Source of the DNA: Octopus sinensis | Lineage: Eukaryota | Length of the DNA: 64,000 nt | Assembly (NCBI RefSeq): GCF_006345805.1 | Contig: NC_042999.1 | Coordinates: 2,666,001-2,730,000 of the forward strand | Reading direction: 5' to 3' | Shown here: positions 10,664 to 22,299 of the stretch, piece by piece | How the letters are laid out: each line of letters starts with the position of its first letter | How positions within the stretch are numbered: position 1 is the stretch's first letter | The notes under the pieces: model-generated | Seen by the model: the letters and a program-made list of their open reading frames with translations, nothing else | Database searches by the model: none | Told to the model about the DNA's origin: nothing | Position numbers and translations under genes: made by a program

Positions 10664-11226
10664 CATCATCATCATCATCATCATCATCGTTTAACGTCTG
10701 CTTTCCATGCTAGCATGGGTTGGACGGTTCAACTGGGGTCTGGGAAGCCTGAAGGCTGCACCAGGCCAGTCAGATCTGGTAGTGTTTCTACAGTTGGATG
10801 CCCTTCCTAACGCCAACCACTCCGAGAGTGTAGTGGGTGATTTTATGTGCCACCGACACAGGTGCCAGACGGGGCTGGCAAACGGCCACGCTCGGATGGT
10901 GTTTTTTACATGCCACCGGCACTGGTACCACAAAGCTACAAATTCCATTAATGTTCATCGAGTTTGCTTTTCATTTTGTCCATTTTCACTTGCCGCAACA
11001 GGTCTTCACAAGTAGAGTTATGTGTCCCAAGAAGGAAGGTATGCATAGGTGGACTGACTACATCCCAGGTAGGGGCCATGGGTTATGGCCTCACTTGTCC
11101 AGCCGGGTCTTCTCGCGCACAGCATACTTCCAAAAGTCTCGGTCTCTGGTCATTTCCTCGGTGAGACCTAAAGAGCGAAGGTCGTTCTTCACCACCTCGT
11201 CCCAGGTTTTCCTGGGTCTGCCTCTT
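10663..11226 (-). mobile_element. Second RTE LINE 3' fragment (ORF C-terminus plus short 3' UTR)
   Basis: RGRPRKTWDEVVKNDLRSLGLTEEMTRDRDFWKYAVREKTRLDK*, then UTR with only 2 repeat units and (GAT)n tail. Confidence 0.88.
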
Positions 11227-11308
11227 ATATATATATATATATACACACATATATATAGAGATATATAGATATATGTATATATATACACACACACACACAC
11301 ACATATAT

Positions 11309-11683
11309 ATCAGGAGTGGCTGTGTGATAAGAGGCTTGCTTCCAAACCACATGGTTCTGGGTTCAGACCCACTGCGTAACACCTTGGGCAAGTGTCCTCT
11401 ACTATAACCACAGGCTAATCAAAACCTTGTAAATGGATTTGGTAGACGGAAACTGAAAGAAGCTCATCATATATGTGTGTGTATGTGTCTGTATTTGTCC
11501 CCTCACCACCCTTGATTGACAACCGATGTTGTGTGTTTACGTCCCTGTAAATTAGCAGTTCAGCAAAAGAGGGCGATAAAATAAGTGCTAAGCTTACAAA
11601 GAATAAGTGCTGGGGTCGATTTCTTTGACTAAAGGCGGTGCTCCAGCATGGCCGCAGTCAAATGATTAAAACAAGTAAAAGAA
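11309..11683 (+). mobile_element. Full-length SINE family D
   Basis: tRNA-like head, internal (TA/TG)n, 3' half ending GCGGTGCTCCAGCATGGCCGCAGTCAAATGA..AACAAGTAAAAG. Confidence 0.9.
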
Positions 11684-11735
11684 TATATATATATAACATT
11701 ATTGATATTTTACAATATTTTATATTAATAATAGG

Positions 11736-12170
11736 CACAGGAGTGGCTGTGTGGTAAGTAGCTTGCTTAGAGAAACAAAAAATCGGTGGGCGTGTTTTGT
11801 CTTCTCCCATTAATATCATCCTCTTTCATCATTCTTCTCATCAATGTTTTTGTCCGGCCCACAAGCTACTCTGTGTTATTCCTTTATGACAAAATTTTGT
11901 AATGAAATAAAGTAGCTTGTTTACCAACCACATGGTTTCAGGTTCAGTCCCACTGCATGGCACATTGAGCGAGTGTCTTCTACTATACCACTCCGAGAGC
12001 GTAATGGGTGCTTTCTATGTACCACTGGCACGAAGGCTAGTCAGGTGGTGCTGCCAGATCGGATTGGAGCCTGGTGCAGCCTTCTGGTTTTCCAGTCCTC
12101 AGTCAAACCATCCAACCCATGCCAGCATGGAAAGTGGACGTTAAACGATGATGACGATGAAGATGATGAT
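11736..12170 (+). mobile_element. Composite: SINE D head, 140-bp insert and 5'-inverted RTE 3' end
   Basis: 14-bp duplication at 11756-11769 and 11910-11923; inverted RTE UTR piece 11987-12045; forward RTE terminus 12051-12170. Confidence 0.75.
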
Positions 12171-12244
12171 CCACGCACACAAATGTTTGTGTGTGTTATT
12201 GTAACTAATTTTTGATGCATCTGCATTATTTTCTGAGCGATGCA

Positions 12245-12474
12245 CACATTTTTATGTAGGGTAGCTGCACGTGAATGAATGCTTTAGAGAGTGTGTACGT
12301 GCATAAGCAAATGCACATGTGTGTGTGTGTGTGTGTAAGCAAGTGCATGTGTATGTGTGTCTATTAATTGTTGCTTCCAAGCAGATCCAGACACAATATA
12401 TTAATTACACCCACAAGAAAGAAAGAGAAAGATAGAGAGCAAGAAAGAGCGAGAGAGAGCGAGGAAGAGAGAGT

Positions 12475-12520
<46 letters not shown>
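12245..12520. repeat. (GT)n and (GA)n microsatellites
   Basis: Seen directly. Confidence 0.85.
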
Positions 12521-12521
<1 letters not shown>

Positions 12522-13094
12522 TGCTCATTCTGGCTGTTACAATAAATAATTCACATGAAAGTTACATTCCTATTTATATTTAATCAATCATACCATTATG
12601 ATGCTAATGCATATCACAATTTAAGCAAAATTATCACCATGACAACATCTTGATGGAGCTCGGATGTAAGTCGGTGGGTTATGGTCGTAACAATGGCAGA
12701 TTAGAGTTACTAATGGACTCTAATAGCTGAATCATAATGGGCGAATATTCCATGAATTACCAACACTGACCCTCATAACTAACCAGATGGTTTTTCAACA
12801 GTAAAACCAAGCAGGATACTAGTCCGGGTACTAATAAAATGGCGAAGACAAAAGAGCCGAGAATAATATTTTTCATGGTTGTTGTTGTTCTTGTTGTTGA
12901 TGCTGTAATTGTTGTTGTTGTTGTTTTGGGCAGATTTGTTTCTTTCTCTCTTTCTTTCTTTCTTTCTTTTTTTTTGGTGGGGTGGGGGAAGACCAATCTG
13001 CTTCAGCTTTTGTTTTTTGTTCTTTGCTAGTTTATATTTTTATTTTTTTTTTACCTTTCTTCCTTTTATTTTATATTATTTTATTTTATTTTAT

Positions 13095-13586
13095 TCTTTT
13101 ACTCATTTCCAGTCATTACACTATGGCCATGCTGGGGCACATGGCCTAGAAGAAGTTTTGGTCGAATGAATCAACGTCAGAACTTTGGCTTTCTTCTTTT
13201 TCTTTTAAGCCTTGTACTTATTCTATTCATCACATTTACCAAACCACTGAGCTAAGGGGACATAAACAAACCAACATCAGTTGTCAGGTGGTGGTGGTGG
13301 TGGGGGACAAACACAGACACAAAGACACTCACACATATACATGTAAATATATATATATGTGTATATATACTCTTTACTCTTTTACTCTTTTACTAGTTTC
13401 AGTCATTTGACTGTGGCCATGCTGGAGCACCACCTTTAGTTAAACAAATCAACCCCAGGACTTCTTTGTAAGCCTAGCATTTATTCTGTTAAGTTTCCAT
13501 TGCCAAACCACTAAGTTACAGGGACATAAACACACCAACATTGGTTATCAAGCGATGGTGGCGGGGACAGACACCGACACACAAAT

Positions 13587-13617
<31 letters not shown>

Positions 13618-13818
13618 TATCTATATATATATATATATATATGTATACATACACATAAACGGTGGTCTTCTTTCAGTTTCTGTCTACCAAATCCACTCAC
13701 AAGGCCTTGGTCGGCTCAAGGTTATAGTAGAAGACACTTTCCCAAAATGTTATGCAGTGGGACTGAACCCAGAACTATGTGGTTAGGAAGCAAGCTTCTT
13801 ACCACACAGCCACGCCTA
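13095..13818 (-). mobile_element. Two SINE D copies (3' half 13095-13330; full-length 13370-13818)
   Basis: Reverse-complement homology to 11309-11683. Confidence 0.85.
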
Positions 13819-14269
13819 ATCCCCCCCCCCACCATGTTTATTCTTTCTTATTTTTCTGCCTCAAATATTTTACTCTTTATTTGTTTTATCTTTCGCGTTG
13901 CTAATTGATATAATTTCTAAAACAAAAAAATTAATCATCTAGATCTCTCATAAACATCAAGATATTAATGGCCTGTGGTGAGTTCCAGTTTTAACTTTAT
14001 CAGGGTCGTTAGACGAGAGATTTGGAGTCCTTACTCTACAATGTGTTTCTTTATCATCTTTGTCGGAGATAAGAGTCCCAGACTAAATGGTACCAACTCA
14101 GAGCAAATCAATGAAATAAGCCACTAAAGTACAAAGTGTTTCTTTTACTTGCTTCAATCATTAGACTGCGACCATGCAAGGGCACTCGTTGCCTTGAAGA
14201 ATTTTTGCCAAACAAATCAACCCCATTCTATCAGTGTGCTTTTGGTGAACAGCTAAGTTATGAAGGCGT

Positions 14270-14456
14270 AAATGATGATGGATGGTGGTGGTGATGATGA
14301 TATGCAATGATGAAGGGGAGCATGTTGATGATTATGACAATGATGATAATGATGACGATGATGACAACGATGATGATAATGATGACAATGATGATGATGG
14401 TGATGGTGATGATGATGATGATGATAATGATGATGATGACGACGATGATGATGATT
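14270..14456 (+). repeat. (GAT)n microsatellite
   Basis: Seen directly. Confidence 0.9.
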
Positions 14457-14837
14457 TTCTATGGCCTACAAACTTCTACTGCTTCAGTTTCTCTTCTGAA
14501 ACATCTGATTAGAATCAATTAAAAATTTCAATATACGAATAAAGTGGAGGAGGGGAGGGGGGAGAAAAGAAATAAAACATATAAGGAAAACAAAAGAAAA
14601 AAACCAAACAAATAAATCAATCAAATTCTAGATCTTTCTACCAAAGTTTATTTCCATATTCAAAGATGTGGAAAGACTTAAGATGACCCGGAGGCAAAAT
14701 AAGATTATTGAAGAATTTCGGTTTTTGGTTTTTTGGTTTAAATCAAATCTGATGTTATCCTTTGATGTCATCAAAACTTTATTTTAACATAAACTACTCA
14801 CATGCTTCAAATATTCGACATTACAATTTAGGATGAT

Positions 14838-15372
14838 GAGGTGGCAGAAACATTAGTATGCCAGGTGAAATGCTTAGCGGTATTTTGTCTGTCTTTATGT
14901 TCTGAGTTCAAATTCCGCCGAGGTCACCTTTGCTTTTCATCCTTTCGGGGTTGATAAATGCAGTACCAGTTATGCACTGGGTTCAATATAATCGACTTGA
15001 TCCGTTTGTCTGTCCTTGTTTGTCCTCTCTGTGTTCAGCCCCTTGTGGGTAGTACAGAAATAGGTATTTCATCTGTCTTTATGTTCTGAGTTCAAATTCC
15101 GCCGGGGTCAACTTTGCCTTTCATTCTTTCGGGGTTGATAAATTAAGTACCAGTTACACACTGGGGTCGATGTAATCGATTATCTCCCTCCCCCAAATTT
15201 CTGTCTTGTCTATAGTAGAAAGGAATATTTATATTGTGAAATTAAGGCTGCGAGCTGACAGAACCATTAGCATGCCGGGCATAATGCTTAACGGTATTTC
15301 ATCTGCCATTACGTTCTGAGTTCAAATTCCACTGAGGTTGACTTTGCCTTTCATCCTTTCAGGATCGATTAA
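14838..15372 (+). mobile_element. Tandem SINE E copies (14838-15062, 15063-15230, 15246-15372)
   Basis: Repeated GAGTTCAAATTCC B box and TTTGCCTTTCATCCTTTCGGGG domain. Confidence 0.85.
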
Positions 15373-15396
15373 TATCTATCAAATGTAAATAATGTG

Positions 15397-15735
15397 AAGT
15401 CGCATAGCTCAGTGGTTAGAGCATCGAGCTTATGATCGTGAGGTTGTGAGCTCGAATCCCGGACTGAGCTGCGTGTTGTGTTCCTGAACAAGACACTATT
15501 TCACGTTGCTCCAGTTCACTCAGCTGTAGAAATGAGTTGCGACATCACAGGTGCCAAGCTGTAATGGTCTCTGTCTTTCTCTTGGATAACACTGGTGGCG
15601 TGATGAGGGGAGGGAAGGCCGGTATGCATGGGCGACTGCTGGTCTTCCATAAACAAACTTGCCCGGACTTGTGCCTGGGAGGGTAACTTTCTAGGTGCAA
15701 TCCCATGGTCTGTGTCATGACTGAAGGGAATCTTA
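15397..15735 (+). mobile_element. SINE head C, CORE-like body, tail T3
   Basis: TAGCTCAGTGG A box and GCTCGAATCCC B box; sister copy at 42010-42330. Confidence 0.85.
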
Positions 15736-16129
15736 GGTAAATAAATGATTATTCCGGAGCATATTCACCAGTTATGTATTGGGGTCAATGTAATTGACTT
15801 AACCCTTTTGTCTGTCCTTTGTCCCCTCTATGTTTAGCCCCCTGTGGGCAATAAAGAAATAAATATTACAATCAACAGATGATATCGCCAGCACATCCCT
15901 CATGAGTGTGTGGTTGAGAGGCATGCTTCATAACCATATGGTCACAGGTTCAATCTTGCTGTGAAGTAGTACCTTGGGCAAGTGTCATCTACTGTTGGGT
16001 TGGTGCCTAATTATTATGGCTTTTTTATTCAACAAAAACAAGAACAACATGTAACAGAAACATCTTTCAGTTCTATATTAAGAGATGAGGAATTATGTAC
16101 ATTATTTACATTTGATGGATATTTGTCCT

Positions 16130-16450
16130 ACTATGCAGCTGTGGTAAGTAATACAAAGGTTAAAACATGCCGCCCCTTCAAAATAAGGGTAGAGAAACAT
16201 CGCAAAGCTGTGACATGAGGAGATATTAATAGATTGGGTATAGGTGATCATGTATGGGAAAATGGAGACCACCTCCTTCTGTGGGATGAAGTTAAAATAA
16301 TAGACAGGGAACACCACTGGAAAATACGAAAAGTAAAAGAAGCATCTCATATGCTAAGACACAACAACCTCCTAAGCAGACCGAGTGCAGACATGAGTAG
16401 CATATGGGAACCAGTATTAAGGAAAGATAGGAGAATATTAGATTTATAAG
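16130..16450 (+). pseudogene. Penelope-like element GIY-YIG endonuclease relic
   Basis: TCRPFKIRVEKHRKAV*..IGDHVWE..H...W.EVKIIDREHHW.IRK.KEA.H....LLSR...IW.PVL matches the PLE endonuclease C-terminal pattern. Confidence 0.7.
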
Positions 16451-16477
16451 CACTAAAATCTACTCCATAATTGCCCA

Positions 16478-16543
16478 CGGGCATGTTGCATAGTGGTTAA
16501 CCCCAAGATTCTGAGTTCGATTCCAAGCAGTGACCTGAATAAT

Positions 16544-16589
<46 letters not shown>

Positions 16590-16745
16590 TTGAAAAATAC
16601 CTTAGAAATGAGAACCCAGGTTTGAAATTTCCCCAAGACACCTGATGAAGGCTGGAGGGTATATCAGCTGAAACGTTGTGTTAACAACACACAAGATGAG
16701 GACAAATATCCATCAAATGTAAATAATGTAAATAAAAACATCTTG
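16478..16745 (+). mobile_element. SINE-like element G: tRNA-like head, (AAT)n, hammerhead-containing 3' part
   Basis: GCATAGTGGTT and GAGTTCGATTCC boxes; (AAT)n; tail AAATGTAAATAATGT also present near 15378. Confidence 0.65.
16637..16682 (+). ncRNA. Minimal type I hammerhead ribozyme motif
   Basis: GACAC-CTGATGA-A-GGCTG-loop-CAGCT-GAAA-CG-TT-GTGTT. Confidence 0.6.
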
Positions 16746-17204
16746 AAATGATTATTCCGGAGCATATTCACCATCTACTTTAATTACTGCTTCCCATTTG
16801 CTTGGCAGACGGTCAGACTGTCATTTAAAGATGTTTTGGTTAAATGTTATTGTTTTTGTTGAATAAAGTTTATTGGAAACAAGCTGCAATAATTTTGCCC
16901 CAACCCAATACCAACTTGGATCAACCAAGGCCTTGTGAGTGGATAGGATAGATGTAGAAACTAAAAGAAGCCACATGTGCGTGCGTGTGCAATTGTGCAT
17001 GTGCATATGATCACATGATAGTTGTGAACAGCAAAATTAGCATAACATAATATTCCTGATGATTTGAGTAACTACAGCTTTTAAATAAATATAAATTAAT
17101 TATGCATTGAAATTATATAGTTATACATTCAACCACTTAGCATTTAAAAAGGAACATCTCCAGCCCAGATATTCTCCATATTTTGTTTTCAAAGTGACCA
17201 GTAG

Positions 17205-17600
17205 GCGCAGAAGTGGCTGAGTGGTAAGTAGCTTGCTAACCAACCACATGGTTCCTGGTTCAGTCCCACTGCGTGGCATCTTGGGCAAGTGTCTTCTGCT
17301 ATAGTCCCGGGCCGACCAATGCCTTGTGAGTGGATTTGGTAGACGGAAACTGAAAGAAGCCTGTCGTATATATGTATATATATATAAGTGTGTGTGTATA
17401 TGTTTGTGTGTCTCTGTTAGTGCCCCTAGCATTGCTTGACAACCGATGCTGGTGTGTTTACATCCCCGTCACTTAGCGGTTCGGCAAAAGAGACTGATAG
17501 AATAAGTACTGGGCTTACAAAGAATAAGTCCCGGGGTCGACTTGCTCGACTAAAGGCGGTGCTCCAGCATGGCCGCAGTCAAATGACTGAAACAAGTAAA
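17205..17600 (+). mobile_element. Full-length SINE family D
   Basis: Homologous to 11309-11683. Confidence 0.9.
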
Positions 17601-17899
17601 GAGATCCAGCCTCTTACACCTAAGTTTCATTTCTTAGTTCCATTTACATATGGCATGGATTTCTCATATATTTCTCAAGTTGAGAAATGTGTATAGAAGT
17701 TTACACACACACACACACACACACACATTTCTGTATGTGTGTGTAAAATAGAGGTACAACTCTTATTTGCCAGCTGAATGGACTGAAATGACATGAAATC
17801 AAGTATCTTGCTCAAGGACCCAATGCACTGCTGGAAATTGAACTCATTGTGATCTGAGTACTCTAAAAACTAAGACAAGCAGAAATTATTGAAATAGCA

Positions 17900-18195
17900 G
17901 AGAAACCTACCCCTCACTCTGTTACTGCAGGGATTGTTCCTGCTCATAAAATTAATGAGAAATTGGCTGAGTACTCCACATATATGTTTACCCTTCACGT
18001 AGTTCTCAGGGAGATCCAGCATGACACAGAATGTGATAAAGCTGGCCCTTTGAATATACAGGTACAACTGATTTTTGTGGACTGGAGCTAGATGAAATAA
18101 AGTGTTTTGCTGACAGCCACAACATGCAGCCAGGAACTGAAATCATGACCTTACGCTCCCGAGCAGAAAACCCAAACCACTGAGCCATGTGCCTT
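17900..18195 (-). mobile_element. SINE head C with tail T1 (diverged)
   Basis: Reverse-complement homology to 56031-56352. Confidence 0.75.
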
Positions 18196-18870
18196 CACAC
18201 TTGCAGAAAATTTCTACAAAGAAGAGAGAGGAATACACTGATAAGATTTCGTTTCTCTGCCTCAAGTGATTAGCAACGTTTTAGTTGGAGATCCAAGACA
18301 GATAGTAAAGACGTCATTGAAAAGCAAACAAGTTCACCTTTATTGATGTTACATTTGGTTGTTAGCAAAAAGCGTCGGCTTCTTCTCAAACATACTGAAC
18401 GAAAATCTTAACCTCTTTCATTACATACAGTACGGAGATGAACAATTCTGACTCTGAAGAGTAAAACAGTTGCTTATATGACAACGACGATGACGACAGT
18501 GGGTGTGGTGGTGATGATAATGATGATGAAGAAGATAATCATAGTTATCAGATTACTGTTGAGGCATGTGTCTGGAAAATGATTAATAATAATATAATAG
18601 TACATTTATTTCGATGACATAAATACAGTCTTCACAGACAGCCTGTGCAGATGTATACATATATATATACACACAGATATCTTGAAAGTAAGTAGCCATC
18701 TCTCATTTTATATACACACACGTGTGTGTGTGTGTATGTATATATATGCACATGCCACATGTACATAGTATATATATATATAAACAATGATGATGATATA
18801 TATATATATATATCCACATACATACAAACACACATATATATATATGCACTCATACATACTGATATGCCTG

Positions 18871-18909
<39 letters not shown>

Positions 18910-19269
18910 ATTTATATAAATGTTTATACACATTTCTCTACTTGAGAAATATATGAAAAATCCATGCCATATGTAAATGGAACTAAATAATGCAACTTAT
19001 GTACAGCTGAAACATGGACATTCATTTTAGATTTAAGAATTGCAAAATATTACTTAATTCCAGATCTGAAATCTTCAGCACAAACATATGCACAAATTTC
19101 CTTCAGCAAACTAGAGGACACTGCCCTCTCCAGAAAGAGCAGCTGTTTTGTAGTCTTTAAACCACTTTCCATTGAATTATTCTACAGCAACTAGCTAAAT
19201 GATGGCTTCTATGCTCAAAGTGGAAGTAACTCTAATTTTCTTTCTTTTACTTTTCTGTTCTTATTTACC

Positions 19270-19928
19270 TATTTCTTTATTACCCAGAAAGGGCTAAACA
19301 TAGAGGAGACAAACAAGGACAGACAAAGGAATTAAGTCGATTACATCGACCCCAGTGCGTAACTGGTACTTAATTTATTGACCCCGAAAAGATGAAAGGC
19401 AAAGTCGACCTCAGCAGAATTTGAACTCAGAACGCAGCGGCGGACGAAATACCACTAAGCATTTCGCCCAGCGTTCTAACAATTCTTATTTCTTTATTAC
19501 CCTCAAGGGGCTAAATATAGAGAGGACAAACAAGGACAGAAATAAGTATTAAGTCGATTACATCGACCACAGTGCATAACTGGTACTTAATTATTGACCC
19601 CGAAAAGATGAAAGGCAAAGTCGACCTCAGCAGAATTTGAACTCAGAACGCAGCGGCGGACGAAATACCACTAAGCATTTCGCCCAGCGTTCTAACAATT
19701 CTTATTTCTTTATTACCCTCAAGGGGCTAAATATAGAGAGGACAAACAAGGACAGAAATAAGTATTAAGTCGATTACATCGACCACAGTGCATAACTGGT
19801 ACTTAATTTATCGACCCCGAAAGGATGAAAGGCAAAGTCAACCTCGACGGAATTTGAACTCAGAATGCAGCGGCGGACCACAAAGCATTTCGCCCGGCGT
19901 GCTAACGTTTCTGCCAGCTCGCCACCTT
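19270..19928 (-). mobile_element. Head-to-tail trimer of SINE E (216-bp period)
   Basis: AATTCTTATTTCTTTATTACCCTCAAGGGG at 19481 and 19697. Confidence 0.9.
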
Positions 19929-19944
19929 CTTTTCTTATTTACCT

Positions 19945-20100
19945 TCCAGCCTTGTCATACTCTGTGTCAAGCTGAATCTCCTTGAAAACTACATAAAGTA
20001 TGGAGTACTCAGCCACTTGCATGTTAATTTCATGAGGTGGCTGGTCCATTGGTTGGTTCACCTGGAATCCTCGTTGCCGTATCCAACAGAGTGCCAGTTT
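19945..20100 (+). mobile_element. SINE tail T1 fragment
   Basis: CAGCCTTGTCA...GAGTACTCAGCCACTTGCATGTTAATTTCA, homologous to T1. Confidence 0.65.
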
Positions 20101-20191
20101 TATAATATTTTGGAAACATTGGCACCGAGTTAATCATGGTAGCAACCACAGTCTTTTGGAAATAGCCAAATACTTCACCTCATTCTGTTAA

Positions 20192-20407
20192 ATATGAAGG
20201 GGGCTGAAAGTTCTTGACTTTAAGTAAAAGAAAATACAAGAGGATCAGTTAATTGTGATTTTATTCAATGTATACCCTTCTCCGATTAACACCTATTGCA
20301 GCTGGCCTTCAGATTTTCAAGCCTGTAACAGAACTCAGAAGGTTGGGTCTCCAACCAGGCCTTTCACGATAAACTTAAAACCAGGAACTTTGCAACGCCC
20401 CCTTGTG
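20192..20407. mobile_element. Mariner-type MITE (second copy)
   Basis: Homologous to 5558-5779 including TIRs. Confidence 0.7.
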
Positions 20408-20539
20408 TCTGCAATAGCTGATTTTTGTGGACTGCAGCAAGATGAAATAAAGTGTCTTGCCAACAGCCACTACAGACAAACAGGAAGTGAAATTTGATGC
20501 AGAAAAATAAGAAAGAATAACCATGGGGTGGGGGTGGGG

Positions 20540-20885
20540 GTAGGCGTGGCTGTGTGGTAAGATGTTTGCTTCCCAACCACATGGTTCTGGGTTCAGTCTC
20601 ACTGCTTGGAACCTTGGGCAAGTATCCTCTACTCTAACCTTGTGTTGATCAAAGCTTCGTGAGTGGATTTAGCAGAGAGAAACAGAATGAAGCCAGGAGT
20701 GGCTGTGTGGTGAGAAGCTTTCTTCCCAACCACATGGTCCCGGGTTCGGTCCCACTGTGTGGCATCTTGGGCATGTGTCTTCTACTATAGCCTTGGGCCA
20801 ACCAAAGCCTTGTGAGTGGATTTGGTAAACAGATACTGAAAGAAGCCTGTCGTACATATACATATATATATATATATATTATATA
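20540..20885 (+). mobile_element. Two tandem SINE D 5' halves
   Basis: GGCTGTGTGGT heads at about 20548 and 20700. Confidence 0.8.
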
Positions 20886-21059
20886 TATATATATATTTAA
20901 TATATGATAAAATTTTTCGAAAAATATTCTATCAATGTCTAGCATATTGAAAAATGTGTCTCGAGGTGTGCTGGGGAATTTCTATTTTGGATGTATTTGG
21001 GGTACTTAATTGTGCTCATGACTTAGTGTTTGCTTCTTCCATTTATTTCTTTGCTGCAT

Positions 21060-21120
21060 TTATCACTGACGAAGGGTGGGTTCTTATGAATTAACTCTGA
21101 AATCGGATCCGATATGATAA
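21060..21120 (+). ncRNA. Intact minimal type I hammerhead ribozyme motif
   Basis: TTATCA-CTGACGA-AGGGT-16nt-ACTCT-GAAA-TCGGATCCGA-TA-TGATAA; all core nucleotides present and all three stems pair. Confidence 0.8.
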
Positions 21121-21260
21121 TAACAGAATTTTTTAGAAATTTCTGTCGGCTTTCTTTGAGATGCGTGCTTATAGTGATGAATTATATGGTTATTGACGAT
21201 GTGTCTATTTTCATCATATTTGGTATTAGAAATTTTTTTCTTTTGCCCTTGTTTATAAGT

Positions 21261-21312
<52 letters not shown>

Positions 21313-21477
21313 AGGAGTTTTGTTATGGGTATAAGAATATACCATAAACAAGTATATTTTATTTTGCACCAAGACCGTATTCAATATTTGACAAGCCTAA
21401 TCTATGGCTACAATCTGGAGTAACCCTTTAGGCTTCAATTTACTTTACCAATCAAATGTAACGTTTATTTATTCACA

Positions 21478-21478
<1 letters not shown>

Positions 21479-21510
<32 letters not shown>

Positions 21511-21960
21511 GTTTAATGTCTGCTTTCCATGCTAGCATGGGTTGGACGATTTTGACTGAGGGCTGGCGAACCAGACAGCCACACTAGGCTCCAATCTTGA
21601 TCTGGCAGAATTTCTACAGCTGGATGCCCTTCCTAACGCCAACCACTCCGAGAGTGTAGTGGGTGCTTTTTTGCATGCCACCGGCATGGGGTCAGTCAGG
21701 CGGTACTGGCAATGACCTCACTCAAATCTTTTTTACACATGCCACCGGCACAGGTGCCAGTAAGGCGACGTTGGTAACGATCACGCTCGAATGGTGCCCT
21801 TTTACATGCCACCAGCACAGAAGCTAGTTGGCTGCTCTGGCAACAATCACACTCAGATGGTGCTCTTGGCACCCTACTAGCCTGGGCACAAGTGCCAGTA
21901 AGGCAATGCTGGTAATGATCACACTCGAATGGTGCCCTTTTAAGTGTGATCATTACCAGC
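21479..21960 (-). mobile_element. RTE LINE 3' end with about 5 diverged UTR repeat units
   Basis: (CAT)n tail, conserved terminus, repeated GCTCGAATGGTGCC units. Confidence 0.85.
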
Positions 21961-21969
21961 GTTTTTTTA

Positions 21970-22136
21970 ATTAATCTTGCATTACCTTTTAGCTTCAAGA
22001 TTTCAAAGATGTGAATGTTTAATTCTTAGGATGACATTGTAGGTTCAACGTGAAAGACTGGATCTGGTCAGTTTGAACAGAAAACGGGCAGAAGATTTTG
22101 TCCGGTTATGGCCTGTTTCAATGCTAAAGGGTTAAC
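21970..22136. mobile_element. Possible piggyBac-like MITE end
   Basis: Ends in AAAGGGTTAA (TTAA site plus CCCTTT TIR start); partner end not found. Confidence 0.35.
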
Positions 22137-22299
22137 CTTCATACTCTTTGCACTGACATCTGTTTTGATGTTGATTGCCTGACTTGTAGAAGTGACATCG
22201 CTCTGTGAATCATGTAGTCAGCTTCCTGTTCTTAGGTCAGGAAATGTAACAGGCTGTTGGTCTGTTCTTGTGTTCTTGGACTAATGTAATTGATTTGGA

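Noticed and set aside
13996-14125. Short open frame after an AG acceptor-like site (VVRREIWSPYSTMCFF...)
   Set aside because: No recognisable homology or donor site; expected by chance.
15743-16773. 28-bp identical direct repeat as the TSD of a 1-kb composite element
   Set aside because: Better explained as the shared tail of two copies of element G.
20525-20545. G-rich run as a G-quadruplex
   Set aside because: Only three long G tracts plus GG; no functional context.
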